A stretch of 64,000 nucleotides of DNA from the human T2T-CHM13v2.0 reference genome, Homo sapiens. Position numbers and translations under genes: made by a program. Under the pieces are notes generated by a model. That model made no database searches and was not told the origin of the DNA. It saw nothing but the letters and a program-made list of their open reading frames with translations. Below are positions 1 to 15,050 of the stretch, one piece after another; the first letter of the stretch is position 1, and each line of letters starts with the position of its first letter. Where the stretch lies: the NCBI RefSeq assembly GCF_009914755.1, contig NC_060947.1. The stretch is one strand, 5' to 3'.

Positions 1-608
1 CTGAGGATGCATTGCAAGTAGGCATGGCTTGGCTGAGGCCCTGGAAAATAACAGCAGACGGGGGTGCTGATGTTGGACTGACCCCATCCTACAGGTAAGA
101 TTGTCCTGTTCTGCTCAAGTCCAATCATTTCCCTAAGGCTAAAGTCTCCTAGGGGAGCATGGTGAGCCTTTAGAAATGGGCATCCCAGGCCATGCTCCAC
201 TGCAAATGTTCTCACAACAAACCCCCTGAGCTCTTCACAGGTTAGAGTCCTGTCCCTCTCATCTCTCTAAGCAGCTTTGCCTGCCAGCTCGAGTATCCAT
301 TGGGTCATGGGATTTCCTGCTGCCAGGATTCCAGAGATCTGTGGAGACAGGATATCTCTCCTTGCCTGTTCAACTTACCCTTTTCCCAGGAGACATTGAG
401 AGCTAGGAATGAGTCCTGGTGTGCAGTAGCCCCGTGAAAGGTTTTTAGCTTCCTCTCCCTTTAACCCAGCATCTGTGTCCTCCCTCTGTCCACTCTCAAT
501 GCCTTGCCTCCAAAGATCAAGTTGGAGTGCACCAGTCCTGATATCCTGGTTCCTCAGTGGCAGATGTTCCTCCTGGCTGCATCTAGTCAGCCATCTTGCC
601 CACTCTCC
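1..608 (-). mobile_element. 5' UTR end of an older primate LINE-1 (L1PA13-L1PB-like), continuing beyond the window start
   Basis: Reverse complement of 570-608 reads GGAGAGTGGGCAAGATGGCTGACTAGATGCAGCCAGGA, a typical L1 start with the YY1 core CAAGATGG; the adjacent sequence is GC-richer and 5'UTR-like. Confidence 0.75.
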
Positions 609-3330
<2,722 letters not shown>

Positions 3331-4095
3331 GCCTTAACATACAAGGTCTTGTTTTTTCCATTTCCATCTGTTTTCACCTCTGTGCCCTTTAGCTTCCTCT
3401 TAGAATCCCTAGTCCTAGCAAGTTTTCAAGTCTGTCCTGCTTTGTTTTGAATCCCCTTCACTCCACACTTTACCTAGTCTCAGGTCAAAACCGCCCATGC
3501 TTCACCATCAACATCTACCTCTTTGTTGAAGCTACAATTAAAACATTTATGCTGCTCCATTATTATGGTTTTGACTCAAGTCCAAATAAGTAGCTATGCC
3601 CATGTATATGTTGTAAGACTCTGTTGACAGTTTTATATTTCCCATAGAATCTCACATATAGTAGGTATGCCATAAATGGGGAATTTCTTTAAAAGTTTTT
3701 TTTCCTAAAGATTAAAGCAAATACTGTAATGTGTACGATCGATTCCACAGGTTTGGAGAGAGCATCATGTTTTAGAATGACCAAGAAAGGCTTCATAATC
3801 AAGCCAAAATTGAATCCTGCCCTGAAGCATGAATAGGATTTTTATTAATTGAGAGGAGAATAAAATGGCATTCCAAATTTGAGGTACAACATGAGTAAAA
3901 GTGGTGAGACAGAATAAGAAGAAAAATATCTGCTTCTAAGGGCTCCGGTCAGCCAACTAAACTTCCTTTTATAATTATGTATGAGAAATGGAAACTACTT
4001 CTCCGCAATTAAATATAAATTAATTCAGAAAAGACCAACCACAATTTGACCACTTGAGGCTCCCCAGCTAAGAGTGGGCCTTAAAATAATATTTT

Positions 4096-5690
4096 TTTAT
4101 ATTTTTAAAATTTCATTAGCTTTAGGGGTACAAGTGGTTTTTGATTACATGGATAAATTGTACAGTGATGAAATCTGGAATTTTAGTAACCCCATCACCT
4201 GAATGGTGTACATTGTACCCAACAAGTTTTTCATCACTCACCCTCCTCTCACCTTCTCTCCTTCTGTGTCTCCAGTGTCCATTATACCAGTCCGTATGCC
4301 TTTGCATACTCATAGCTTATCTCCTACTTATAAGTAAGAACATGAGGTATTTAGTTTTCTATTCCTGAGTTACTTCACTTAGGATAATGTCCTCCAATTC
4401 AATCCAAGTTGCTGCAAAATACACTATTAGATTATTTTTTATGGATGAGTAGTATTCCATGCTGTATATATACCATATTTTCTTTATCCACTCTTCAGTT
4501 GATGGAAACTTCGGTTGATTCCATATCTTTCCAATTGTGAATTGTGCTGCAATAAAAATATGTGTGCAGGTGTCTTTTTTATATAAAGACTTTTTTTTTC
4601 TTTTGAGTAGATATCCAGTAGTGGGATTGTTAAATCAAAAGGTAGATTTACTTTTAGTTTTTTGAAAATTATCCATACTGTTTTCCATAAAGGTTGTACT
4701 AATTTCTATTCCCACTAGCAGTTTATAAGCATTCCCTCATTAACACATTCATGCCAACATTTATTGTTTTTGGGTGTTTAATAATGGCCATTCTGGCTCA
4801 GGTAAGGTGGTTTTCTCATTGTGGTTTTAATTTGTATTTCCCTGATGATTAGTTATATTGAGTATTTTTTCATATGTCTGTTGGCCATTTGTATATCTTC
4901 TTGTGAGGAATGTCTGTTCATGTCATTTGCCTGTTTTTTAATGGGATTGATTTCTCTTGCTGCTTTGTTTGAGATTCTGCATATTAATCCTCTTTCAGAT
5001 GCATAGTTTGCAGATATTTTCTCCCATTTTGTAGGTTGTCTGTTTACCTTCTTTTTATTTCTTTTGCTGTGCAGAAGCTTTTTAGTTTAATTAGGTCCCA
5101 TTTATTTATTGCTGTTTTTGTTGCATTTGCTTTTGGGGACTTCGTTATAAATTCTTTGCCTGTGGCAATGTCCAGAAGTGTTTTTTCTAGATTTTCTTCT
5201 AGAATTTCTGTGGTTTAAAGTTTAAGTCTTCAATCCATCTTGGGTTAATTTCTACATGTAGTGAGAGATGGATTAAAAGAGTCAATATCATGAAAATGAC
5301 CATAATGATCAAAGCAATCTACAGATTCAATACAATTTCCATCAAAATACCAACACTGTTTTTCACAGAATTAGAAAAAAAAAGACCCTAAAATTCACAG
5401 AGAGTGAAAAAAGAGCCCAAATTGCCAAACTAATCCTAAGTAAAAAGAACAAATCTGGAGGCATTAAAATTACCTGACTTCAAATTATACTACCAAGCTA
5501 TAGTAACCAAAACAGCATGTTACTAGTATAAATGTAGACATATAGACCAATGAAACAGAATAGAGAACCCAGAAAGTCAAATACTTATTGCCAACTGATC
5601 TTCAACAATGCAGACAAAAACATGCACTGGGGAGAAGACACTCTATTCAACAAATGGTGCTGGGGAAATCAGATAAACACATGTAGAAGA
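4096..5690 (-). mobile_element. 5'-truncated, 5'-inverted LINE-1 (L1PB/L1MA-like)
   Basis: 4096-~5270 is antisense L1 3'UTR/ORF2 end; ~5270-5690 is sense ORF2 sequence that directly precedes it in L1 coordinates; flanked by aaaataatatttt (4083-4095) and aaaatagtatttt (5691-5703). Confidence 0.88.
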
Positions 5691-6632
5691 AAAATAGTAT
5701 TTTAAAAAATAGCAAACTTGACCTCTGCCACAGATGTTCACTCCTACTGCATTTTTACCAACCTCATTATCTTGCAAGGAAACCCAGGATATGACAAAAT
5801 GTTCATATCTGAACATTTGAAAAATATATTTAAGGTCAGTCATCACTATTTGGCCATAAATTAAAGGCAAGCTGGAGTCACAAGTTGCAGCCCTATTGTG
5901 AATGCCTGTGAATCAGTGGAAAACAAAAGCAGTTGTCCATAACCAACAGTCTTTTTCCAGTACAAGATGTGACTGAAAAGCTTCCAGCATAAATTTTGAG
6001 CAGATTTCTTTGAAGTCTAAGTCCTCCAAAGACTTCCCAAAGGGCTATTACTAAATCAGTGAATCTAGTTCTCTCTGTGTCCAGCTGCAATTCCTCTACT
6101 GGATATCATCTTGATATTACAAAAAAGGAACTTGACTCTCAAAGCCTGTTCTTTTGGGTGTCAATGGTTCTGAGTTTATGTGGCATGAAACCCTGTCTAG
6201 CAAGGCTTTCAAAACCAAAAAAAAAAAAAAGGCTTAAATTTGGGTATCTAAAGTAGGGTCTTATCTAATGTGTTACTGAATATTTCCAATTACTACGCAT
6301 GTTGCATTAGGAAGAGGAGGGTGATCCATAAAAGTATTTTTATTTATGATTTCATATACATAACTTTACCAAGAGGTGAAAAGAGTTGACTAAGATGAGA
6401 AGGAAGCGTAACAGACCTAAGCCCTGAGCTGCCACTATAGGGCTCACTGTTGGTGGAAATACTAGACCCTGAATAACAACAACAACAACAACACATTTTT
6501 ATTTAGTTTTAGCTGTGAATCTACGCTGTTTTCAATGGATACAGGAAATCAAAAGACACAGTCATGTTTCCTCAAGGAACTCTTACAATTCAATAACCCT
6601 ATTGACACTCCAATTTGTGCTTTCCTAACACT

Positions 6633-6736
6633 GTGTTTATAGGACAACTAAACATTTCAGAGGTTGTATTGTCAAATGTATGCTTGGTGTTTATAGGACA
6701 ACTAAACATTTCAGAGGTTGTATTGTCAAATGTATG
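6633..6736. repeat. Perfect 50-bp direct repeat (period 54)
   Basis: gtgtttataggacaactaaacatttcagaggttgtattgtcaaatgtatg at 6633-6682 and 6687-6736, separated by cttg. Confidence 0.97.
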
Positions 6737-7509
6737 TCCATAATGAATGCCCCTCGAGGTGTGTTGTGGGATCTTTGAGGGCAGTTCTTTACATTTATAT
6801 TTCCATTATACCTAACAAATATAGTGGATACCCAATGAAATGTTTGAATGAATCAAAAAATTAGCAAATAGAAGACATATATGAACTACATAAAACAAAA
6901 TCAAAAATTAGTCAAGGTTGAAAGCTTCTAATCTCATCTTTTTCCAATGTACTCTCTATACTTCTATCAGAGTAAACTTTCCCACAAATATAATCAGATT
7001 ACTGCCCTAGTTAAATAGGTCCGCATTGCTTTGGGGACAAAATCCTGAATCTCTTAAGCATAGTATACAGTCATCCATGACTTGCTCTCTGCCTGCCTCA
7101 TCTCTCACCATATCATGAGTTATACTATTATAACCATGGTTAACTCTCTGACTACACCATAAGTTTTTTTTAGGATAAAGATTTTGTCTAATTTATCTGT
7201 ATGGCATCGGTTCCCCAAACAGCGTGTCCTAATACTTACAAAATATTATCTATGTACCAGACCACTCCAATGACACTGGAATGCTACTACACATTTAATT
7301 ATTTTCATCCCTTATAAACATTTGTCAAATAAACAATTCCATATGTCTCTTTATGAGTTAGTAAACTCAGGTTCTTTTCCTGGGAGTCCTGCTATTTATT
7401 TGAATGTATATATGCCTGTGTCTTTATTCATAAAAGAAAAATAATATCACCTGTACTTTATACCTGACATAGTGTTCTAAGCTGATATACTTTCTGGAAT
7501 AAGATAGGG

Positions 7510-7853
7510 CAGTGGTCCCCAACCTTTTTGGCACCAAGGACCAGTTTCGTGGAAGACAATTTTTCCACGGACAAGGGAGTGGGGAATGGGTTCAGGATGA
7601 AATTGTTCCACCTCAGATCATCAAGTATTAGTTAGATTCTCATAAGGAGCACACAACCCAGATCCCTTGCATGTGCAGTTCACAATAGGGTTCACACTCG
7701 TGTGAGAATCTAATGCGGCTGATCTGACATGAGGCAGAGCTCAGATGGTAATGCTTGCTCGCTCACCACTCACCTCCTCCTGTGCAGCCCAGTTCCTAAC
7801 AGGCCACGAACCGGTACCAGTTTAGTTCATGGCCCAGAGGTTAGGGACCTCTG
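7510..7853 (+). mobile_element. MER1B-type hAT-Charlie non-autonomous DNA transposon
   Basis: Termini cagtggtccccaacc / ggttagggacctctg; perfect 8-bp TSD agataggg at 7502-7509 and 7854-7861. Confidence 0.92.
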
Positions 7854-7954
7854 AGATAGGGTATATATAAATACCCATGTGCACAAGTGTTATAATAAGC
7901 AAATGTTATCAATGTAAAGTGGTAGTTATAATAATAATTTCTATGAATTGTACT

Positions 7955-8160
7955 AAGTCTAGAGTCAGATTGGCTGGATTTAAATCTTGACTCAGCCACC
8001 TGCGATCAGGCACTATCTTTTCCTCACTTTCTTTATCTGTAAAGTAGAGATAATAATTGTACTTATTTCTTTGGGTTGTGTTGAAGAATAAATGAGTAAA
8101 TTTATGTAAAATAATTAGAATATTACCTGGCACTTAGTAGATACTCAACAAATGTTAGGC
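7955..8160 (+). mobile_element. MIR SINE
   Basis: MIR core tttatctgtaaagtagagataataa and L2-like tail cctggcacttagtagatactcaacaaatg. Confidence 0.8.
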
Positions 8161-10881
8161 ATTTTATTCCAGTTATCTGTAACTTGATTGTGGCAGTGAC
8201 TGTCAAATTATCCATCAAGTAAAGATATCAGCTATACATATCTGATGGCTGCCCAAGCCCTAAGAGCTAAACCCTAGCATGCTCAGAGATGGACTTGCCT
8301 CTAAATTCTATCCTCAACCCTAAAATGTAATATATATGGCCAACTCTTGAGAACTTTCCAAACACTTAAGGTATGCCACCTGGTACTCAAGATTGAATAC
8401 ATTTTTATTTATTTGGAAGCTGTGAATTTGCTCCAGTAACCAGGGACAGTTCCAAGTTTATATATTTCCATGAAAAATGTGAGAGCCAACTCCCCCCAAG
8501 TAGGCGTGATAAAGGGGTTCCCCAAAACCTGTTTCCAAGTAAATCCATACTGAACTTCTCTGGCCCCACTGGCCTCCTGCCTGATGGGAAAACCAATTGT
8601 TAGAGCCCTCTTGAATCATAACAGCTCCAAAGAATGAAAGGGTGGGGAGAACTTTCACATACTTTTTATGTTTATTGCTTCTTAGAGTTGTAAATAGAGT
8701 AGCCCAGCTCCCTTGAGCCAGCTCAGTGAGGAGTATATCATGAAACTTTCCCAAGTCCAGTTAAGAAGATATCATAGAGAATTTGATCTGGAAAGGAAGT
8801 CAAGAAGAAACGGGAAGGGATGTACACAGAAAGTAAATGTGTTTGACTTTACACATTTGAATTTACAGGGTAGGTTCAATCAGTAGCCCTTATTGATCAT
8901 AAAGCCACGGACTCACAGGGATACAAGATTTTTGCCATGTCTCAAAATAAAAGAGAACTTAAAAAAGTAAATTGAAGGCAGGGTGGGAGCTAGGGGTGAT
9001 TTTAAACAGATGAAAGAAATTTAAGTCCTATTTTAAATGCTGGAAGAATAAACCTGGAAAGGGAAAGGGATGCATCAAACGGCTTCCTCTGCCAAAACTA
9101 ATCCAAAGATGAGATCCAAAGATGAGAGTTCACTCTGCCAGCATAATTCTGATTGCCTCATCCCCATACCAGTCACTCATCTCCCAGCAGATAGGATAGC
9201 ATCATCTTGATTTCCAGCAGTCTGTTAAAGTAGAATTTATGATGCTTACAGAAAATTCTAAGTGTATTTTTAGTATGTGTTTTCTCTACCCTCCTCTGAC
9301 ACATTTATTTCTAATGTTATTTTTAAAATGAGTGATTTCAGTTGCTTCTTCAGATCACACACAATTCCCAATAACTAATTCTGAATTTTTCATCTGGTTC
9401 CAGGAATGAGCCAGTGCCCAACAGAGAACTCATATTGCTCTTGGAAAACTGCAATCTCCCAAAAGAGGAGTGTAGCTTGAAACTCCAATTCATCAGTCCA
9501 ATGGACCTCTCTAGGAAGAGTTAATAGGCCTAGATAGAAAATATGAGGCATACTGCAAGCCCAAAACTCAGACTTTCAATTCAGAATCATTCCTTTTGAA
9601 CTTCTACAGTCCCAGAAGATGAATACGTCCAATTCTGCAACTCTTTTCAACTTTGCTTATGGTTAACATGGGCCATCAAATAAACCATTTTAATTAAGCA
9701 AATTAGATGTCTCTAGCAACGAGAGAGTTGATTTAGTTATACAAACAGTTGAATTAATTTTTCAAGTCGATCTAACAAAATTAAATCAATTTGGTCAAGG
9801 AAACGTTCTGCTAGCCAATGCAAAATACTAGTTCACTCAAATAGATAATTCAGTCTACTAGGTCAGTTCTGCCTCACAACTAATTAATTCAGTATAACTA
9901 CTTGTCAGTTCTATCAATTTATTTAATCTATCAAGCAAGCATATTTAACAGATTATATTCACTCCATTAAATAAACTGATAAGAATAGACAGAAATACTT
10001 GGGGGAGGGGGCACAGAGCTCCTGAAAGATTCTCACATGTAACATAAGAATTTGCCCTTTTTTCTGGTATATGTTAAATGTGCCAAGCCAAAGCAAACTC
10101 AGAGAAACCCCTGAATTAAGAGATAATTTATGGAAAATAAAATCGCAAATAGTAACTTATTGTTAACATGATATACTCAAGATGGACCATGGGAACATTT
10201 TTAGATGTGTTATTCACACATTAAAATACTGATGCAGATTTTTCCACTTCACTGTGAGAAAGACTTTAATCAGTTTTCATTCTTAATATAACATTCCATA
10301 AATCACTATCTGCATAATCAGTAGCACCAAAAAGCATTTAGTAAGAAACTTACCACACAGGGGTATTGGACCAAAATTTACATAGGCTTAGGCATGCTCA
10401 CTGGTAGCTCATAGTCTAAGTTGAGCCAAATATATAGTTATAGGAAAATATATATATATACACAAATGAGATCAAAACATTAAATGAAAGATGTGAACAA
10501 CCACTAAGATATATGCATTCAGGTCATACTCTTTACCATAGCAGTAAGATAGAACTAGTAGAAATATTTTTCTGTTTCAATAATGTGATACCAAGGGAGT
10601 CTTCACCTCTCCTCTCATTAATTCCAGAAGACTTCATAAAGTTGGAGACCCAACTTGACTTAATCAGATTATCTTACACACTCACTTCCCCTTCCTCCTA
10701 CCATACACATACCACATATCTACCTGGTACAGTCACTGCAACATTTAAAGATTCTCTAGAATATGTTCTTTGTTGACTCTAACCTACCTCCCATTCCAGT
10801 GTATTATGATTTCCAGTTAAGATTTAAATAATAAGATTTCACACTAAATGCTTTAAATTTAGGGCACATGCAGGCACCCAA

Positions 10882-10925
10882 AAGAAATGTAGTAGCTGTG
10901 AAGAAATGTAGTAGCTGTGAAGAAA
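10882..10925. repeat. 19-bp perfect tandem duplication
   Basis: aagaaatgtagtagctgtg twice, plus a partial third copy aagaaa. Confidence 0.95.
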
Positions 10926-11114
10926 CTTCTGTATTTCAAAAGTGTTTATTTGAAATGATTAAAAAAGAAAAATGGCATGTTCTTCAGAAGGACACAGGAA
11001 TTAGAAAAATGGAAACTTCCTTATACAATTATCTTTTTCTATTCTAAGCAAAAATAATAGAAGAATCCAGAAAAATGTAGTAGTTCAATATGTCTTAAGC
11101 TCCTACTATGTCAA

Positions 11115-11465
11115 ACTCTAGGCTCTTTGAGGGCAAGAATTATGTATTTTCATCTTAAGATCCCAGCACTAGAATATCTGGCATAAATATGCATTTAATA
11201 ATATTTGATAACCAAATTAATTAATTAATAAAAGGTACTTTGTAGCCAGCAATGATGACTAAGACACTAAGACATAGTTAATGCTCTCAAAAAGCTTATG
11301 AAATAATAAGAAGAATCAGTTGTACATACAGTGTACTGAAATCTAAAATAAGTGCTGCAATGCAGTACCAGAATAAGGACTATGAGAGTAGAAGGAGAGC
11401 AGTTAATTGTGACTCGGGATATCTTGGAAAGTCCCCTGAAAGAGACAGCACTTGAGCTGAGCATC
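11115..11465. mobile_element. L2 3'-end fragments (apparently both orientations)
   Basis: ctctttgagggcaagaattatg...cccagcactagaatatctggcata, then antisense-type gaaagagacagcacttgagctgag. Confidence 0.5.
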
Positions 11466-12824
11466 AATTCAGATTGCTATACAATCATTCTGATACCAAG
11501 AACTTTTTGACCCGGTTACCTTAACCCAGTCATTTTGATGAGGCCTAAAAAAAAAAAAAATGTCATTACACTTTCAGCTGTTTTATAAATTACCTATAAT
11601 GTGTAAAACACCTTACCTTACCCCACTCCCAAGACTCACCATAATGCTAGTCTTTATAAGAAGGAGAGGTTCAGGGATAGAGTGGGGATTTGGCATATTT
11701 ATACTTTTCATTTACCAAGAATTGTGTGTTGACCACCCTTGGTCACCTCATAAGTGGCCAACAATCATACTCAGTAAACTATCTTCTCATTCTGAGAATT
11801 TACATGTATCTTAATATACCCTTCAAATATTCTGATTTTTCCCTAAACATCAGAGATGTTGGAGAGATAAGATATTCAAGCCACATTATAATATCCTATT
11901 CTGAGATCCAGACTGTACAGGAAATCTTCAGTTAAATGTCTCACAGTAATCTCGGGCATCTCAGTAAAATACATATATTTGCTATCATACTGCTCCTTTA
12001 ATTGAGGGTTTTCAAAAGCTTAATTGATAACTCCCTAGAAGTTAGCCTAGTTGTCTCAATATATATGTATTTTAAATTTTCTTTTTTCCTAATTATAAAA
12101 GACATGTCAATTTTTTTAAAGCAAGAAATTAATACAGGAGAAAGTGAAAAACTCTACTAAATAGTATTGGAGTTAGATAGAGCTGTGTGCTACACACAAA
12201 AACTGAGAAGTTTAAAACAATAGTAACTGCTCCTAGTTGGAACAGTTTCATTGAAATGACAAAGTCAAAATGTCTTGCTTTAGATTTTTGGTAGTAGGAG
12301 ATGGTGGCTGAACTGGAAAACATAGAATACCAGAATAAAAGAGATTGATTAACTAGTAATAACTAAGAACATCATCAGGATGAAAACTGTCATCAAATGA
12401 GACTCCACTAATGTCAACAGCTACATAAAGATGCACAGTGACTTTATAAAAGGGAGAAGTGGATACAAGCCTTTCAATACTGCATGGAAGCAAGAGATAA
12501 AGCAATGAAGACAGGATTAAATAGCAACAAAAATAGATAAGAAAATTTTAAATGTGTACATATGTGTTTATATTTCTTTAACCCTTACTCTACATAATAT
12601 ACTACAGCATATCTAAGAAAGAATAAAGATTAATATTATGCTTTTATTTTACTTAACGAATAAAATGCTAAATAATCTCCACACTCAACTATCATAAACT
12701 ACAGCATGTCTTGCTAATGGGTCTACATGACGAATATATAAGATTCCACCATTCTCCTGTCACTCGATACTTAAAAACCTGGAGGAAATAACTGGATCAA
12801 AGCCTGTAAATCTGAATCTATGTA

Positions 12825-12975
12825 GCAGTGGTTCTTAACTTTTTGAGGATTCCACATCCTTAGAGAATCTGATCAAAGCTAAGGACTCCAGAAAAATGCA
12901 CATATGCATATACACACAAAAATTTTTTTGCTTATGATTTCTAGGGTTTCATAGACTTGAAGTTAAGGGCCTCTG
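12825..12975. mobile_element. Short hAT-Charlie-type MITE
   Basis: Inverted termini cagtggttcttaact / agttaagggcctctg; internal gagaatctgatcaaagcta...cagaaaaatgcacata. Confidence 0.65.
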
Positions 12976-14653
12976 TCTTGGTTCCTTTGGGCCTGAGCTT
13001 GCTTTCCTGGCTAAATATATAACATTATTAGCTGGATATTAGCAGAGTCACTTCCAGAGACATGTTTCTTACTTTCTCTCTTCTTCAGATACTATGCTGA
13101 TGAAGTATGGATAGTGACACAGCTCAACTTCATTTGCGGTCCTTAGGAGACTGGCATGTTGCCACAGCTGCTAATCCTGTCATGGAGGCTAATGTGCCAG
13201 CTCAGGTATAATAATAACATAGTAAAAATGACAGAACAGGAACTCCCCAAACCTTTTTTTTAACCCAGCATATTTACAGGCATGCAAAACTCGACTGGAG
13301 ATGTAATATTTTTTGCCTTCTTTCTACATTAATTTTTCTTCCTGATTTCAATTAGCCAAACTTGAATGGAGACATTACAGACAGCTCAACCCCACCTCAG
13401 AGCTGTGCAGACAGCTCTTGCTGCCAAGTTGTCTATCACCAAGACAACTAGGCCAATGTGCTTTGCTCTGGGTAAATACCTCATCAGGGCCAGTTGCAGA
13501 AGGAGCCTCTTTGCAATGACCTCCCATCAGATAAAAATCCTTACTCTTAGCAATCCAAAATATGTTTTGAAAGTACATGGGTATAAATAATAACCATTAA
13601 TATTTTAAATAGTTATTTATGCTGATGAAAGGAGGCTTATTTCCAGAGATAGTCTCATATGCAGGCAAGTTGCTGAGGGTTCTAGAAAAGCTCTAGTCAT
13701 CCCAGTATGTCTGAAGTTCCTGTTTGTGAGTCATTATTCTTTTTTCCTTTGAATTCATCATAACTTTCTTCAAACACCTTCTTTTAAGCTAAAAATTAAC
13801 CTGAAGTGGTCATTAGTAATATAGCAATCTTTCTACCTCTAGTCTCTTTAAAACATTTTGAATAAGAGATGATAAAAGGTGAGATGGTTAGCATTCTCAC
13901 CCTAAATGAAAAATGGAAGACATGGGTTAACTCTTTGGACACAGTGGCATTTGAGAAAGTGAAACTTTTATAAGTTCAGTATATGTGAATGAGTCAAAAA
14001 CAGAAAACACTACTTTCAACAGATTCAAAGAAAGATTTTTTAAATCTCAGCAAAATGTGCTGAGTTTTTGTGTCCTTCAGGATCAGGCAGAGGTGTCACA
14101 TCATTTTACTCCTCCCATCCAGGCTCTGTTAATGCTGATCAGGAGCAGCCCCTCACAGCTTTATTGTTTGCTGGTCTCCTTGGTGGCAGGTGTCTGCTAA
14201 TCAGAGGCTTAAGAAGCTTGGAGTTTAGGAGTCGGCCCTGACTGGAAGGAAAACTTTCCATTCAGCCTTGGGCAACAATATTGGAGCTTTTTTTGAATGT
14301 TGTAACAAACTCTGTGCCAAGTGGGGGCCCAACCTCCCCCTACACAGCCCCAGGAATCCAAAGAAAGAAGTGTTTTCAATTCTCTTTCAGGACCTCTGAT
14401 CTCCTAAACTGAGACCAAATAAAAACAGTCTGGGCTAATTACGTCTCTCCTACCCCCATCTATTGTGGAGTCCGCCTGGGAGAAAATCAGGAAAGCTGGT
14501 CTTAAGCCAGTATTGGTCTTCCTTGGAGGCAGAAAAATTCTCTCACCTTCCCTCCATGGACTACCCTGGACAGTAAAGAGCTCCCACCTCAGATATCTTA
14601 TGGGGAGGGGGGCTGTGGGAGGCAGGGCAGGGCCTAAGATGATGTAGCTGAAA

Positions 14654-14814
14654 TATCAAGGCCTAAAAAGTTCTAACACCTGTTTTGGTATTTTCTGTGT
14701 TCTTACTATTTTGTCAGTTAGCATTTCTCTTATCAAGACCTAAAAATTTCTAACACCTGTGTTGGTATTTTCTGTGTTCTTACTATTTTGTCAGTTAGCA
14801 TTTCTCTTATCAAG
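14654..14814. repeat. 77-bp tandem duplication with 7-bp junction microhomology
   Basis: Two copies with 3 mismatches; tatcaag occurs at 14654, 14731 and 14808. Confidence 0.95.
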
Positions 14815-14914
14815 TAGAATGGGAGGAAGAGTGGAAAGAGTTGCTTGGGAGTTCAAATGGCCAGGGAATGACTCTAGCACCATTGATTACTATTAATAAC
14901 TATAACATTAGACA

Positions 14915-15050
14915 ACATATTCCACAGTTCAAGGCTCTCATCCCAGTTCTCTCACTTGCAAGCTATGTGACCTTGGTGAAATTCCTACTCCAACCTTGGT
15001 TTCCTCATCATAAAAATGGGGAGGTTTAACTAGAAGATGTCTAACAGCCT
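14915..15050 (+). mobile_element. MIR fragment
   Basis: gctatgtgaccttgg...ccttggtttcctcatcataaaaatgggg MIR core. Confidence 0.7.

Noticed and set aside
13089-13205. Exon-like segment with good acceptor (also an acceptor at 16681)
   Set aside because: The donor is weak or unidentifiable and there is no recognisable coding content.
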